Shown: positions 28,483-38,772, counted from the first letter of the stretch. The stretch is 64,000 nucleotides of DNA from Sphingobacteriia bacterium 24-36-13 (GCA_002281875.1 NCHN01000017.1:8462-72461), one strand, 5' to 3'. Numbers and translations are program-made. The notes: a model not told the origin generated them from the sequence alone.

Positions 28483-29805
28483 TTATGAAGCCATTTCTGA
28501 TGCCCATTTATCTCTATCATCTGGAGAAAATTTCCATGGGGCAAAATTGTTTTCAATATTGCTAAATGTACTGTTCCACTCTTGTGGGGCATTGCTTTCT
28601 TCCATTATTAAAGACCTCCTTAATTCAACAATAATATCCAAGGGAGAAATGCTAACGGGACAGGCTTCTACACAAGCGTTACATGTAGTGCAAGCTCTTA
28701 ATTCTTCAACCGATATATAGTCGTGCAATAAAGATTTGCCGTCTTGAATAAATGATTTGTTTTGGTTGATATTCTTACCAACTTCTTCTAAACGATCTCT
28801 TGTAGCCATCATGATTTTTCGAGGGCTCAATAATTTGCCAGTAATATTAGCCGGACATTCAGCTGTGCACCTGCCACACTCTGTGCAACTATAGGCATCT
28901 AATAAATTTTTCCAACTTAAATCAAAAACATCTTTTGCGCCAAAGCTTGCTGGGGGTGCTGCATTAGCAGGTGCTAATTCAGGCTGCATTGCATATAATA
29001 CTTCATTTTGTACTTCAGGCATATTATTGATTTTACCTGGCGAGTCTAATTTTGCGTAATACGCATTTGGAAATGCTAGGGCAATATGCAAATGTTTTGA
29101 ATAGGGGAGGTAGTTCAAAAAAGCAAAAATGCCTGCTATATGAATCCACCATGCTGTTCTTTCGATGCCAATCAATGTGGAGTTACTAAAGCCTTCAAAT
29201 AAAGGCATCAAGAAAGATGAAATGCTAAATGATCCAGTTACAGCATAATGCTCAGCTCCGTTTTGTTGAAGCAACTGGTCAGCCGCATTCATTATTAAAA
29301 ACAAGCTCATTAAAATAATCTCTGTGATTAATATAAAATTCGCATCTGTTTTGGGCCATCCATTCAAATCTTTGCTTACAAACCTTTTTAATTTCAACCA
29401 ATTTCTTCTAGCTAAAAATAGCACACAAACAACTAAAACACCCAATGCCAATACTTCGAAAATATTAATCAGCCAATTGTAAATTCCCCCTAATAAGGGT
29501 AAAAATAATCGATGGGTACCTAAAATTCCATCTAACACTATTTCAAGAACCTCTATATTAATAATAATGAAACCAGCATAAATGATAAAATGCATCAATG
29601 CAACTGGAATGTTTTTAAACATTTTTTTCTGCCCCATAGCTAGTAAAAGCAAATTTTTCCATCTGATTGCAGCATTGTCTGAAAGGTCAAGGGCTTTGCC
29701 TAAAAAGATGTTTCGTCTAATTTCACCAACTTTTTTGGCAAATAAATAAATGGCTGAAATAGCCATAAGCACAAAAAGGGCTTGTTGTAAATACTCCATA
29801 AACAA
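28483..29805 (-). CDS. Integral-membrane protein fused to a 2x[4Fe-4S] ferredoxin domain (HdrC/DsrM-K-like electron-input half)
   Basis: 440 aa, about five hydrophobic helices in the N-terminal 250 aa, then CTECGRCTAECP and CTTCNACVEACP cluster motifs. Confidence 0.8.
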   Translation of the reverse strand: MFMEYLQQALFVLMAISAIYLFAKKVGEIRRNIFLGKALDLSDNAAIRWKNLLLLAMGQKKMFKNIPVALMHFIIYAGFIIINIEVLEIVLDGILGTHRLFLPLLGGIYNWLINIFEVLALGVLVVCVLFLARRNWLKLKRFVSKDLNGWPKTDANFILITEIILMSLFLIMNAADQLLQQNGAEHYAVTGSFSISSFLMPLFEGFSNSTLIGIERTAWWIHIAGIFAFLNYLPYSKHLHIALAFPNAYYAKLDSPGKINNMPEVQNEVLYAMQPELAPANAAPPASFGAKDVFDLSWKNLLDAYSCTECGRCTAECPANITGKLLSPRKIMMATRDRLEEVGKNINQNKSFIQDGKSLLHDYISVEELRACTTCNACVEACPVSISPLDIIVELRRSLIMEESNAPQEWNSTFSNIENNFAPWKFSPDDRDKWASEMAS

Positions 29806-29895
29806 AGTTATACGCTAAGATAATAGTTTTAATAGCAGCTGAATGCAATTGTGTAATGCAATTTATTGTTGTTAATTTGGGGTACAATTCGTTTT

Positions 29896-30396
29896 ATGTC
29901 AGAAAAAAAATATATTCTTAGTTCAGTTGAGGCCCAACAAAAATTGAAGCGCATGAGTTTGGAAATTGCGGAGAGTTTGAGTGGTCATGAGGGACCTATT
30001 TTATTAATTGGAGTTCAGAATAGTGGGGTAGTTATAGCAGAAGCAATCGGAAGCTTGTTAAGACCTTTTTTAGACAAAAAAATCGATATTATTTCTGTAA
30101 GATTAAACAAGCATCTCCCAGAAAAAGTAGAATTAAGTGAAAGCATTCCATTAAATGGAGTTAATATTATACTGATTGATGATGTCACCAATAGTGGAAA
30201 AACCTTATTATACGCTTTAAAGCCATTACTAGATTGGCATCCTAGGACCATACAAACCCTAGTATTGGTAGAACGAATGCACAAGTTGTATCCAGTTAAG
30301 CCAGATTTTGTGGGTTTGTCTATCTCTACTACCCTTGAAGAGCATATTCAAGTGGAAACAATTGATGGGAAAATTGTAGGTGCATATGTTGTATAA
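29896..30396 (+). CDS. PyrR-like type I phosphoribosyltransferase (possible pyrimidine regulator / uracil PRTase)
   Basis: MSEKKYILSSVEAQQKLKRMSLEI..., PRPP-binding loop IILIDDVTNSGKT. I prefer the ATG at 29896 over the TTG at 29866 in the track. Confidence 0.7.
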   Translation: MSEKKYILSSVEAQQKLKRMSLEIAESLSGHEGPILLIGVQNSGVVIAEAIGSLLRPFLDKKIDIISVRLNKHLPEKVELSESIPLNGVNIILIDDVTNSGKTLLYALKPLLDWHPRTIQTLVLVERMHKLYPVKPDFVGLSISTTLEEHIQVETIDGKIVGAYVV

Positions 30397-30460
30397 ATAA
30401 ATCGCCTATTTTTCTTATATTGAATTGATTTTGTAAACATTATAAAAGCGAATAAATCAT

Positions 30461-32188
30461 ATGGAAGCATCTATACAGGAAAGAGTAAATGTTTGGTTAA
30501 ATGGAAATTATGACCAAGAAACCAAGCATATCATTAAAGAATTACAAGCTAATAGTCCAGAAGAATTAGCAGATGCATTTTATCGAAACCTAGAGTTTGG
30601 AACTGGTGGATTAAGAGGGTTAATGGGTGTAGGGACCAACCGGGTTAATAAATACACCATCGGAATGGCAACACAAGGTTTTGCCAATTATTTAAAGAAA
30701 ACCTATCCAGGTGTTGAAATAAAATTGGCAATTGCCCATGATAGTAGAAATAATAGTCGATTTTTTGCAGAAACTACTGCGAATGTTTTTGCTGCAAATG
30801 GGATGCAAGTTTTTTTATTTGAAGCGTTAAGACCAACACCTGAACTCAGTTTTGCTATTAGACATTTAGGATGCAAAGCAGGGGTGGTATGTACAGCATC
30901 TCACAATCCAAAAGAATACAATGGGTATAAAGCATATTGGAATGATGGAGGACAATTAGTGCCACCACATGATAAAAATGTAATCACCGAAGTAGAAGCT
31001 ATTCAAAGCGTAGATGAAGTAAAATGGAGTGGAGGAGAGGCTAATATTACTATTCTAGGTAAAGATTTAGATCAAGCTTATTTAGAAATGGTAAAAGGGT
31101 TAAGCGTTTATCCAGATGTCATTGCGGCGCAGAATAATTTAAAAATTGTTTATACCCCTATACATGGAACTGGAATCACTTTGGTTCCCCAAGTTTTAGA
31201 AAAATTTGGTTTTAATAATGTTCATATTGTAGAAGAGCAATCTAACCCTGATGGCAATTTCCCAACAGTTAAATACCCTAATCCGGAAGAGAGTGAAACC
31301 ATGAGTATTGGGTTAAAAAAAGCCCAAGATCTTAATGCAGATATTTTATTAGGTACAGACCCAGACGCAGATCGCGTTGGCATAGGTGTTAAAAACCATA
31401 AAGGAGAATGGGTACTAATGAATGGTAACCAAACTGCGGTATTGGCTTTTGCCTATATGATGGAAGCCAGAAAAGCCAAGGGGATAGCGCAGCCTAATGA
31501 TATGGTGATATCTACAATTGTAACTACCGAAATGATTAATGAAGTTGCAAAGCAAAATAATGTTGCTTGTTACAATGTATTGACTGGATTTAAATGGATT
31601 GCAGAGAAGATTAAAGAATTAGAGGGTAAGGAAAATTATGTAATTGGAGGAGAAGAAAGTTTTGGATTAATGATTGGGGATCAAATTAGAGATAAAGATG
31701 CTGTTAGTGCTGTAGCATTAATGTGTGAGATGGCTGCTTACGAAAAGAATAAAGGCAAGACTTTATTTGATAAGATGATTGAATTATATATTCAGTATGG
31801 TTTCTATTATGAAAACTTAATCAGTATCACCAAAAAAGGAATGAATGGCCAAAAAGAAATTGCAGCAATGATGGAGGGGTATAGAAACAGCCCGCCAAAA
31901 GAAATTAATGGGTCTGCAGTAGTTACGCTATTAGATTATCAATTACAAACTGGTAAGAATTTACAAACTGGAGAAACATGGACTATTCAACTTCCTAAGA
32001 GTAATGTTTTGCAGTTTATTACTGCGGATGGCAGTAAAATTTCTGCAAGACCTTCTGGTACTGAACCAAAAATCAAGTTTTATTTTAGTGTAAAAACCAA
32101 TTTAAGTAGTAAGGCTGAATTTGATGCAAAACAATTGGAATTAGAGAATAGGATAAATGGAATTATCAATAGTATGAACCTAAAATAG
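30461..32188 (+). CDS. Phospho-sugar mutase (phosphoglucomutase/phosphomannomutase family)
   Basis: 575 aa, CTASHNPKEYNGYK (phosphoserine loop), GTDPDADR (metal loop). Confidence 0.88.
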   Translation: MEASIQERVNVWLNGNYDQETKHIIKELQANSPEELADAFYRNLEFGTGGLRGLMGVGTNRVNKYTIGMATQGFANYLKKTYPGVEIKLAIAHDSRNNSRFFAETTANVFAANGMQVFLFEALRPTPELSFAIRHLGCKAGVVCTASHNPKEYNGYKAYWNDGGQLVPPHDKNVITEVEAIQSVDEVKWSGGEANITILGKDLDQAYLEMVKGLSVYPDVIAAQNNLKIVYTPIHGTGITLVPQVLEKFGFNNVHIVEEQSNPDGNFPTVKYPNPEESETMSIGLKKAQDLNADILLGTDPDADRVGIGVKNHKGEWVLMNGNQTAVLAFAYMMEARKAKGIAQPNDMVISTIVTTEMINEVAKQNNVACYNVLTGFKWIAEKIKELEGKENYVIGGEESFGLMIGDQIRDKDAVSAVALMCEMAAYEKNKGKTLFDKMIELYIQYGFYYENLISITKKGMNGQKEIAAMMEGYRNSPPKEINGSAVVTLLDYQLQTGKNLQTGETWTIQLPKSNVLQFITADGSKISARPSGTEPKIKFYFSVKTNLSSKAEFDAKQLELENRINGIINSMNLK

Positions 32189-32205
32189 ATTGCTATATTC
32201 GCAAT

Positions 32206-32877
32206 ATGCGAAAGGATAGAGAATACAATGATGGATTTACCCATAAAGGGATGCGCAAGATTTTGGTAGATACGTTGCGTGATAAGGGAATTACTGATGA
32301 AATGGTTTTGGATGCAATTAATTCCATTCCGAGGCATTTTTTTCTTGAATCGGCATTTGAAAAAATTGCTTATGAAAATCGTGCTTTTCCTATTTCTGCT
32401 GACCAAACTATTTCTCATCCCTATACGGTAGCTTACCAAACACAGCTTCTTCAAATAAAAAAAGGGGATAAGGTTTTAGAAATTGGAACGGGAAGCATTT
32501 ATCAGACAACCATTCTTGCTGCATTGGGGGCTCAGTGGGTTTATACGATTGAAAGGCAAAAGAAATTGTTTGATGAACAAAAAGAGTATTATCATTTTAG
32601 AAAACAATATCCCAATATCAAATTTTTTTATGGGGATGGATTTAAAGGGCTACCCACTTATGCCCCCTTTGATAAAATTTTGATTACAGCGGCAGCTCCG
32701 TTTGTTCCGCCATTGTTGGTTGAGCAATTAAAGCCAGGTGGACTAATGGTCATTCCAGTAGATGAAGGAGATGCTCAGAGAATGATGCGAATTACTAAAA
32801 ATTTAGATGGAACGCTTAATGAAGAATTATTTGAGGAGTTCTCATTCGTGCCAATGCTTCAAGGTAAAAATGTTTAA
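32206..32877 (+). CDS. pcm: Protein-L-isoaspartate O-methyltransferase
   Basis: 223 aa, AFPISADQTISHPYTVA and VLEIGTGS (SAM motif I). Confidence 0.88.
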   Translation: MRKDREYNDGFTHKGMRKILVDTLRDKGITDEMVLDAINSIPRHFFLESAFEKIAYENRAFPISADQTISHPYTVAYQTQLLQIKKGDKVLEIGTGSIYQTTILAALGAQWVYTIERQKKLFDEQKEYYHFRKQYPNIKFFYGDGFKGLPTYAPFDKILITAAAPFVPPLLVEQLKPGGLMVIPVDEGDAQRMMRITKNLDGTLNEELFEEFSFVPMLQGKNV

Positions 32878-32909
32878 AAAAAAGGGCCCCGATCAGATGA
32901 TCGAGGCCC
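32876..32909 (-). terminator. Intrinsic terminator of the minus-strand OM-barrel gene; the hairpin also follows pcm
   Basis: GGGCC-C-CGATC / AGAT / GATCG-A-GGCCC (32884-32909). The A-run at 32876-32883 gives the U-tract on the minus strand. Confidence 0.7.
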
Positions 32910-32930
32910 AACTCTTAAACTAAAACCAAA

Positions 32931-35594
32931 CTATTGTTGCATCATATCCATTCCACCACTTTGGTCAGCTTTGGTATTTTTTCTCTTGAATAAGCTTGCG
33001 TCAAATTTACCAAATCGGTAACTGAAATTCAATCTTAAAACTTGTGGGTCTCTACGTCTTTGACTGGTTTGATTAAAGAAAGAGCTTTCAGAATAACTCT
33101 GGAACAACTGGGTTCTGAATATATCATTCATGCTTAAAGTGATTATACCAGTTCTGCCTTTTTTCCAAGTAAACTCTTTACGAATAGCCAAGTCAAATCC
33201 ATATCTAGGTAAATTAAAACCTTGCGCGCCAGATTGGGGGCCACCTCCCCACATCATACCACCACGGCCACCACCGCCTCCACTTTGAGGCAATACCGTT
33301 TTTGCTTGATAATCTCCACTTAACTGAATGGATAGTCCCTTTGCCACTTTAAATGTGTTGTTCATTTTAGTGAACCAACTCCATTGTTCTTGAACTAGAT
33401 CGGGTTGGCCAGGAACAGTTGCATTAATTCTTGAATTAAAAATATTTAAGTTCACCGTCATTTCCCACCATGGAGTTATAGACATTTTATTAGTTAATTC
33501 TAAACCAAATGATCTAGCACTATTGGCATTAATATATGTGCTAAAGAAGGCACTGTCACCAGGAATCAACGCATTTGCATCTCTATAAACATATCGAGTG
33601 ATTAAGTTAGTAGAATGCTTATAAAATGCAGTAGCAAGAAAATTAGCCCCTTTTTTATAGGCATTGTTCCAACTCATTTCAAATGAATTAGTGAATTCAG
33701 GACTTAGTCCTGCATTACCTACGTTGATATTTTGTGGATCTGAATAATCAGGGAAAGGCATCAACTGAAAGAAATTTGGTCTGTTTACTCTTCTAGAGTA
33801 GTTGATTTGAAAGTCTTGTTTTTCATCAATTTTATATGTGATGAATGCACTTGGGAACAAACTCAATGGGAATTTTACAGAGAAAGTAGCGGAATCGGCG
33901 CCATTTGAATTTAATAATGTTCCGGTATAGTTTGAACTTTCTGCTCTTAACCCCAATTGATAGCTCCATTTGTTTACCCTGAAACTATATGTACTATATG
34001 CTGCATAAACAGCATCTGTATATTTATACCTGCTACTGATTAATGGTACCAGTTGATATTGTCCAGTTAAACTATTGAATCTAAACTGATCCAATTTATT
34101 GTTGAAATCTCTAATAGCAACTCTTCCACCAGCTTCAAACTTTTTATCCTCAGTAAGAGGATTTTCATAATCAATTTGGAAAGTATGATTGGTAGTACTT
34201 CCTTCACCAATACCTCTCTGTAAAATAGGCGTACCCTTTTGAGTTCCGTCCATATTGTATGTATAGTTATTGATATTAGATAAGTTGTCGTTGCTGCTTT
34301 TGTTGTAATTATAATCAGAAGAAATATTGTGACCATTCTTCATGAAATTGTGCTTGTAGCTCAATTGAGTACCAACATTTCTAAAATTGCTTGTAGACTG
34401 GGTTCCAATATTAGAGTAAGAACTTTTAATTCCCTTAATGGTAGAATCTACTCTTTGGGTTTGATCGTTATCAAATTGTCCTCTATTGAAATTCGCAGTA
34501 ATAGATAAAGTATTTCTATTATCAACAAAATAATCTAATCCACCTCTGAAGAAGCCAAAGTATCCCTGATTTGTGGAATTTTGTAGGTTGTAAATATTAC
34601 TTGGAACAGCTAAAGTATTATTTCTGTCTGTAATTCCTTCTGAAATAGATTTACGTTGATTTAATACACCGCTTCCAGTAAAGTTTAATTTATTTTGACG
34701 GATATTAATATCTCCACCGCCATTAAACCTACCGCGAGAATCAACCCCCATTCTTAAACCGCCATTGTATCCTACTTTCTTATTTTTCTTAAGTACAATG
34801 TTTAAGATTCCTGCATTTCCGCCAGATGCGTCAAATTTTGCAGAAGGATTGGTAATCAATTCTACTCTGTCTATAATATCTGAAGGAATCTGATCTAAGG
34901 TGATTGTAGTAGGACGTCCATCAATAAATAAAGTAGGTGCTGCATTCCTAAGTGTAACGTTACCATCAATATCTACGTTTAATGCAGGAATATTTCGCAT
35001 TAATTCAGTAGCGGTTTGTCCAGAACCCATTAAGTTTTTATCAACATTAAATATTTTTCTATCAATTCCTAATTCAAACTGAGGCTTAGTAGATGCTGTA
35101 ACAGTTACATTACCCAAATTCGTCGCATCTTCTTCCATTTTAATATTACCTAAATCTTTATCTGCCATGCCAAGCATTTGCTGCATGTTTCCGCCATTGG
35201 CACCACCCGAAGGCATTTTGATTCCAAAACTAATGGTTTGGTCTACTGTTTTATAAGCTAGTGCTGTGGCATTCAGTTTAAAATTACCAAATAAAGAAAG
35301 GTTTTCAAAACTGAAATCTCCATTTGCTTTGGTGATAATGGTGCCAAGAATGGCTTCTTTCATTTTTTTGCTAACTGTATCAAATCTGTTACCTCTTAAT
35401 TGAACAGTCACTCCTTCAATACCCTTGTTTGTTTTACTGTCTACTATTTTTCCATAAAAATGGCCAATATTGATGTTTTGTCCTGCTCCTGCAGCGCCTC
35501 CACGACCACCTGCCATTGATGGCATTTGAGCCGAAGTTGTTGCAACAAAAAAGGCTAGAAACCCAATTAATCCTAAAAATTTACGCATATTCAT
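32931..35594 (-). CDS. Outer-membrane beta-barrel / TonB-dependent-receptor-like protein with CarboxypepD_reg domain
   Basis: Signal peptide MNMRKFLGLIGFLAFFVATTSAQ from the ATG at 35594; the track ORF starts at a TTG at 35627. GKIVDSKTNKGIEGVTVQL domain, plug, long barrel, C-terminal ...LRLNFSYRFGKF strand. Confidence 0.75.
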   Translation of the reverse strand: MNMRKFLGLIGFLAFFVATTSAQMPSMAGGRGGAAGAGQNINIGHFYGKIVDSKTNKGIEGVTVQLRGNRFDTVSKKMKEAILGTIITKANGDFSFENLSLFGNFKLNATALAYKTVDQTISFGIKMPSGGANGGNMQQMLGMADKDLGNIKMEEDATNLGNVTVTASTKPQFELGIDRKIFNVDKNLMGSGQTATELMRNIPALNVDIDGNVTLRNAAPTLFIDGRPTTITLDQIPSDIIDRVELITNPSAKFDASGGNAGILNIVLKKNKKVGYNGGLRMGVDSRGRFNGGGDINIRQNKLNFTGSGVLNQRKSISEGITDRNNTLAVPSNIYNLQNSTNQGYFGFFRGGLDYFVDNRNTLSITANFNRGQFDNDQTQRVDSTIKGIKSSYSNIGTQSTSNFRNVGTQLSYKHNFMKNGHNISSDYNYNKSSNDNLSNINNYTYNMDGTQKGTPILQRGIGEGSTTNHTFQIDYENPLTEDKKFEAGGRVAIRDFNNKLDQFRFNSLTGQYQLVPLISSRYKYTDAVYAAYSTYSFRVNKWSYQLGLRAESSNYTGTLLNSNGADSATFSVKFPLSLFPSAFITYKIDEKQDFQINYSRRVNRPNFFQLMPFPDYSDPQNINVGNAGLSPEFTNSFEMSWNNAYKKGANFLATAFYKHSTNLITRYVYRDANALIPGDSAFFSTYINANSARSFGLELTNKMSITPWWEMTVNLNIFNSRINATVPGQPDLVQEQWSWFTKMNNTFKVAKGLSIQLSGDYQAKTVLPQSGGGGGRGGMMWGGGPQSGAQGFNLPRYGFDLAIRKEFTWKKGRTGIITLSMNDIFRTQLFQSYSESSFFNQTSQRRRDPQVLRLNFSYRFGKFDASLFKRKNTKADQSGGMDMMQQ

Positions 35595-35726
35595 CTTTAT
35601 TAATAAGTGCAAAGTTGGCTTACGCAATGCTCGAATGGTTATTGCATTTTATAAGCGGTAATATGACAAGCCTGAGTGGATAAAGTTTAACAAAATCGGC
35701 GAATAGGCTGTTTAATCCGTCGGTGA

Positions 35727-36326
35727 CTAAGAAATAAGGGTGAGTAGGACTTGAATTATACCAATTAAAAACCCTAATACGCCACCAAGGATTTCAATAA
35801 ATCGGAATTCTTTAGACATAATATCATTTAATATTTGCTCCAATTTATCTGTGGAAAATCCTTTTACTTTTTCAATGACTATTTTTTCTAAATCTAGGTC
35901 TCTTTGTAAATTTCCCATATAAGACTTCATTATGCCTGGGAATAAATCTTTTAATTCGGACATAAAAACCGCCTTCATTTGTTGAATTGTTTTATCTCCA
36001 ATAAACATGCTTATAACTGGCATTTGTTCTGCCAATTTTACTCTTAAAAAATGGTCAATATGTGCATCAATCTGAGGCATTAATTGATCAATATTGGCTG
36101 GATTGGTGATTTTTGATTCAATATCTTGAAAGGATAATAATTCATCACTTACCAATTTCCCTAATTTTTCGGCAAATTGCACCTGTCTTTTCTGGAAGAT
36201 GCCAATAAAAGTGATGCCTAAAATTTTTATTGGTTTTTTAGGGTGAAACAACATTTTGATGGCTACCCAATTGGTAAACCAACCAATAAAAGCAGAGATA
36301 AAAGGGATAAGGTATAAAAGCTTCAT
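35727..36326 (-). CDS. DUF445 family membrane protein
   Basis: 199 aa, hallmark FIGWFTNWVAIKMLFHP near the N-terminus and a C-terminal TM helix. Confidence 0.7.
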   Translation of the reverse strand: MKLLYLIPFISAFIGWFTNWVAIKMLFHPKKPIKILGITFIGIFQKRQVQFAEKLGKLVSDELLSFQDIESKITNPANIDQLMPQIDAHIDHFLRVKLAEQMPVISMFIGDKTIQQMKAVFMSELKDLFPGIMKSYMGNLQRDLDLEKIVIEKVKGFSTDKLEQILNDIMSKEFRFIEILGGVLGFLIGIIQVLLTLIS

Positions 36327-36337
36327 GTACTTAAGTT

Positions 36338-36371
36338 AAAAAACCTATAAAACATACGTTTTATAGGTTTT
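36338..36371 (-). terminator. Long AT-rich hairpin immediately 3' of tRNA-His (terminator or processing hairpin)
   Basis: AAAACCTATAAAAC (36340-36353) / loop ATAC / GTTTTATAGGTTTT (36358-36371): a 14-bp perfect stem. On the minus strand a U-tract follows. It lies between the tRNA 3' end (36377) and the DUF445 start (36326). Confidence 0.6.
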
Positions 36372-36376
36372 GAGTG

Positions 36377-36451
36377 GGAGAACGAGGGGTCTCGAACCCC
36401 CGGCCTTCAGTGCCACAAACTGACGCTCTAACCAACTGAGCTACGCCCTCC
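36377..36451 (-). tRNA. tRNA-His (anticodon GUG)
   Basis: Reverse complement reads G(-1)-GAGGGCG-TA-GCTC-AGTTGGTTA-GAGC-G-TCAGT-TTGTGGC-ACTGA-AGGCC-GGGGG-TTCGAGA-CCCCT-CGTTCTC-C. Cloverleaf with anticodon GTG, encoded G-1 opposite C73 (a tRNA-His hallmark), CCA not fully encoded. Confidence 0.9.
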
Positions 36452-36567
36452 GTTTTTGTGGATGGCAAAAGTAGTAAATATTTTTTAAAAAAACTTCATC
36501 CAAAGCTTTGTTAATTGGTTTTATACTTGCCATTGAAAACTTTTTTTAGATTATTTTTGAAAAGATC

Positions 36568-38736
36568 ATGCAAAAATTCAAGCAATTTATGAAGAGTAGA
36601 AAAGGATTAGTGCTAACGGCCTTGGTATTATTTGGTTCATTATTTATTGCATTTCGCAGTATCAATGGGACAGATTCAAATGAGAAAATAGCCCAGCAAC
36701 AAAAATTATTGAATACGGTTGGTGCCTTACTAGAACAGCAACATTACAGTCCCCAAAAAATCAATGACGACTTTTCTAGAAAAATATTTAAAGCTTATTT
36801 AAGTCAGTTAGATGGAGATAAAAGCATTTTTATTGCAGCCGATGTGAATGCAGTAAAGAAATTCGAAACAACCATTGACGATGAAATTCATGGTGCTTCC
36901 ATCCAATTTCAACCTGCAGTAAGTGCTATTTACGAGAAAAGAGTTGCAGAAACAATGCTTTATTATAAAGACATTTTATCAAAACCTTTTGATTACAGCG
37001 TTAACGAAACTGTTCAATTAGATGGAGATCAATTAGGATATACCAGTACTGAAGCAGAAAGAAAAGATCGTTGGAGAAAAAAATTAAAATATTATTCTCT
37101 AGAACGTTTTATTGATTTGCAAGAAGAAAGAGAAAAAAATAAAGGGAACGATAGTTTCAAAGTTTTGCCAGATGATAGTTTAGAGTTGGCAGCTAGAACC
37201 AGTGTATTAAAGATGATGGATAGAACTTTTAATCGAATCAAAACTACATTTACTGAAGAACAGCGATTTAATTCATTTATCAATGTGATTACCAATACCA
37301 TGGATCCTCATACCGATTATTATCCTCCGATAGAAAAAAGGGCATTTGACGAAAGGATGAGTAATCAGTTTTATGGAATTGGGGCTCAATTACAACAAGA
37401 TGATAATGGAATAAAGATTGCGAGTGTAGTTACAGGTGGACCGGCTTGGAAATCAGGCGCTATTGTAGCCGGAGATATAATTATCAAAGTAGCTCAAGGA
37501 GCAAATGAGCCAGTTGATGTAAGTGGATATGGTACAGAAGATGCGGTTAAATTAATTAGAGGCGATAAGGGAACGGAAGTAAGAATCACATTTAAAAAAC
37601 AAGATGGTACAACTAAAACCGTTTCTTTAATCAGAGAAAAAATTGAGCAGGATGAAGGATTGGCAAGAAGCGCGGTTATTATGCAAGGGAAAGATAAAAT
37701 CGGTTACATTGCTTTGCCAGATTTTTACGCAAATTTTGAAGATAAAAATGGGTTTAAATGTTCCGAAGATGTTGCTACTGAAGTTAAAAAATTGAAAGCA
37801 GAAAACGTAAAGGGAATTGTGATTGACTTAAGAAATAATGGGGGAGGCTCGTTACTTGAAGTTGTAAAAATGGTAGGTCTGTTTATAAAAACAGGACCAG
37901 TAGTTCAGGTGAAAGAACGAGATGGTAGAGTTGATCAGCAAACATGGCGAGACAACGATGAATCTGTTTTATACGATGGGCCTCTAACTGTAATGGTTAA
38001 TGAACTCAGTGCATCTGCAAGTGAAATATTTGCAGCCGCCATTCAAGATTATAAAAGAGGTATTGTTATTGGTAGTAGTTCTACTTATGGTAAAGGAACA
38101 GTTCAAAGACCAATACCTTTTGGAAGACCTATCGATTTTTACAGTAGTAGAACTGAATTTGGGGCAGTAAGCTTAACCTTTCAAAAATTTTATCGAGTTA
38201 ATGGGGGGAGTACGCAATTAAAAGGTGTTGTGCCAGATATTATAATGCCAGATACTTATGAATATCTAAAAATTCGCGAAAAGGATAATCCCAACTCTTT
38301 GCCTTGGGATGCTATACCACAAACGCCTTACCAACCTTGGCAAGGAATTAGTGTTGGTAATTTAACAGAAATTATCAAAAAAGAACAAACTAGAATATCT
38401 AGTGATGCAAATCTGATATTACTTCAAGATAACCTTAAATGGTTGTCTAAGAATAATGATAATCCAATCAATTTGCAAATAGATCAGTTTAAGCAATTGC
38501 AAAAGCAAATCACTAACACGGTAAACCAAAATAATACCTTGTTAAAACTTAAAAATGAAATGAGTGTTCAAACACTTGAGGCAGATAAGGACAAGTTTTA
38601 CAATAACCCTGATAAAAATAAGGGAATTAGGTACCAGGAGTGGTTGAAGTTGTTAAAGCAAGACTTACAAATTGATGCTAGTGCAAAAATAATACAAGAG
38701 CTGGCAACACAGCAGTATAATACTGCGAAAAATTAA
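36568..38736 (+). CDS. S41 family carboxy-terminal processing (tail-specific) peptidase
   Basis: 722 aa, N-terminal anchor, PDZ-like region, DLRNNGGG and SASASEIFA (Ser) ... TYGKGTVQ (Lys) catalytic motifs. Confidence 0.88.
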   Translation: MQKFKQFMKSRKGLVLTALVLFGSLFIAFRSINGTDSNEKIAQQQKLLNTVGALLEQQHYSPQKINDDFSRKIFKAYLSQLDGDKSIFIAADVNAVKKFETTIDDEIHGASIQFQPAVSAIYEKRVAETMLYYKDILSKPFDYSVNETVQLDGDQLGYTSTEAERKDRWRKKLKYYSLERFIDLQEEREKNKGNDSFKVLPDDSLELAARTSVLKMMDRTFNRIKTTFTEEQRFNSFINVITNTMDPHTDYYPPIEKRAFDERMSNQFYGIGAQLQQDDNGIKIASVVTGGPAWKSGAIVAGDIIIKVAQGANEPVDVSGYGTEDAVKLIRGDKGTEVRITFKKQDGTTKTVSLIREKIEQDEGLARSAVIMQGKDKIGYIALPDFYANFEDKNGFKCSEDVATEVKKLKAENVKGIVIDLRNNGGGSLLEVVKMVGLFIKTGPVVQVKERDGRVDQQTWRDNDESVLYDGPLTVMVNELSASASEIFAAAIQDYKRGIVIGSSSTYGKGTVQRPIPFGRPIDFYSSRTEFGAVSLTFQKFYRVNGGSTQLKGVVPDIIMPDTYEYLKIREKDNPNSLPWDAIPQTPYQPWQGISVGNLTEIIKKEQTRISSDANLILLQDNLKWLSKNNDNPINLQIDQFKQLQKQITNTVNQNNTLLKLKNEMSVQTLEADKDKFYNNPDKNKGIRYQEWLKLLKQDLQIDASAKIIQELATQQYNTAKN

Positions 38737-38772
38737 AACGTCTTTTTTATATTGAACGATTAGTAGAACATT

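Noticed and set aside
36377-36451. tRNA-His lying in the same window as the his genes, considered as part of a tRNA-sensing (T-box-like) circuit
   Set aside because: It is 13 kb from the nearest his gene and on the other strand. The his leader shows no T-box specifier or antiterminator features. The leader-peptide mechanism already accounts for His sensing.
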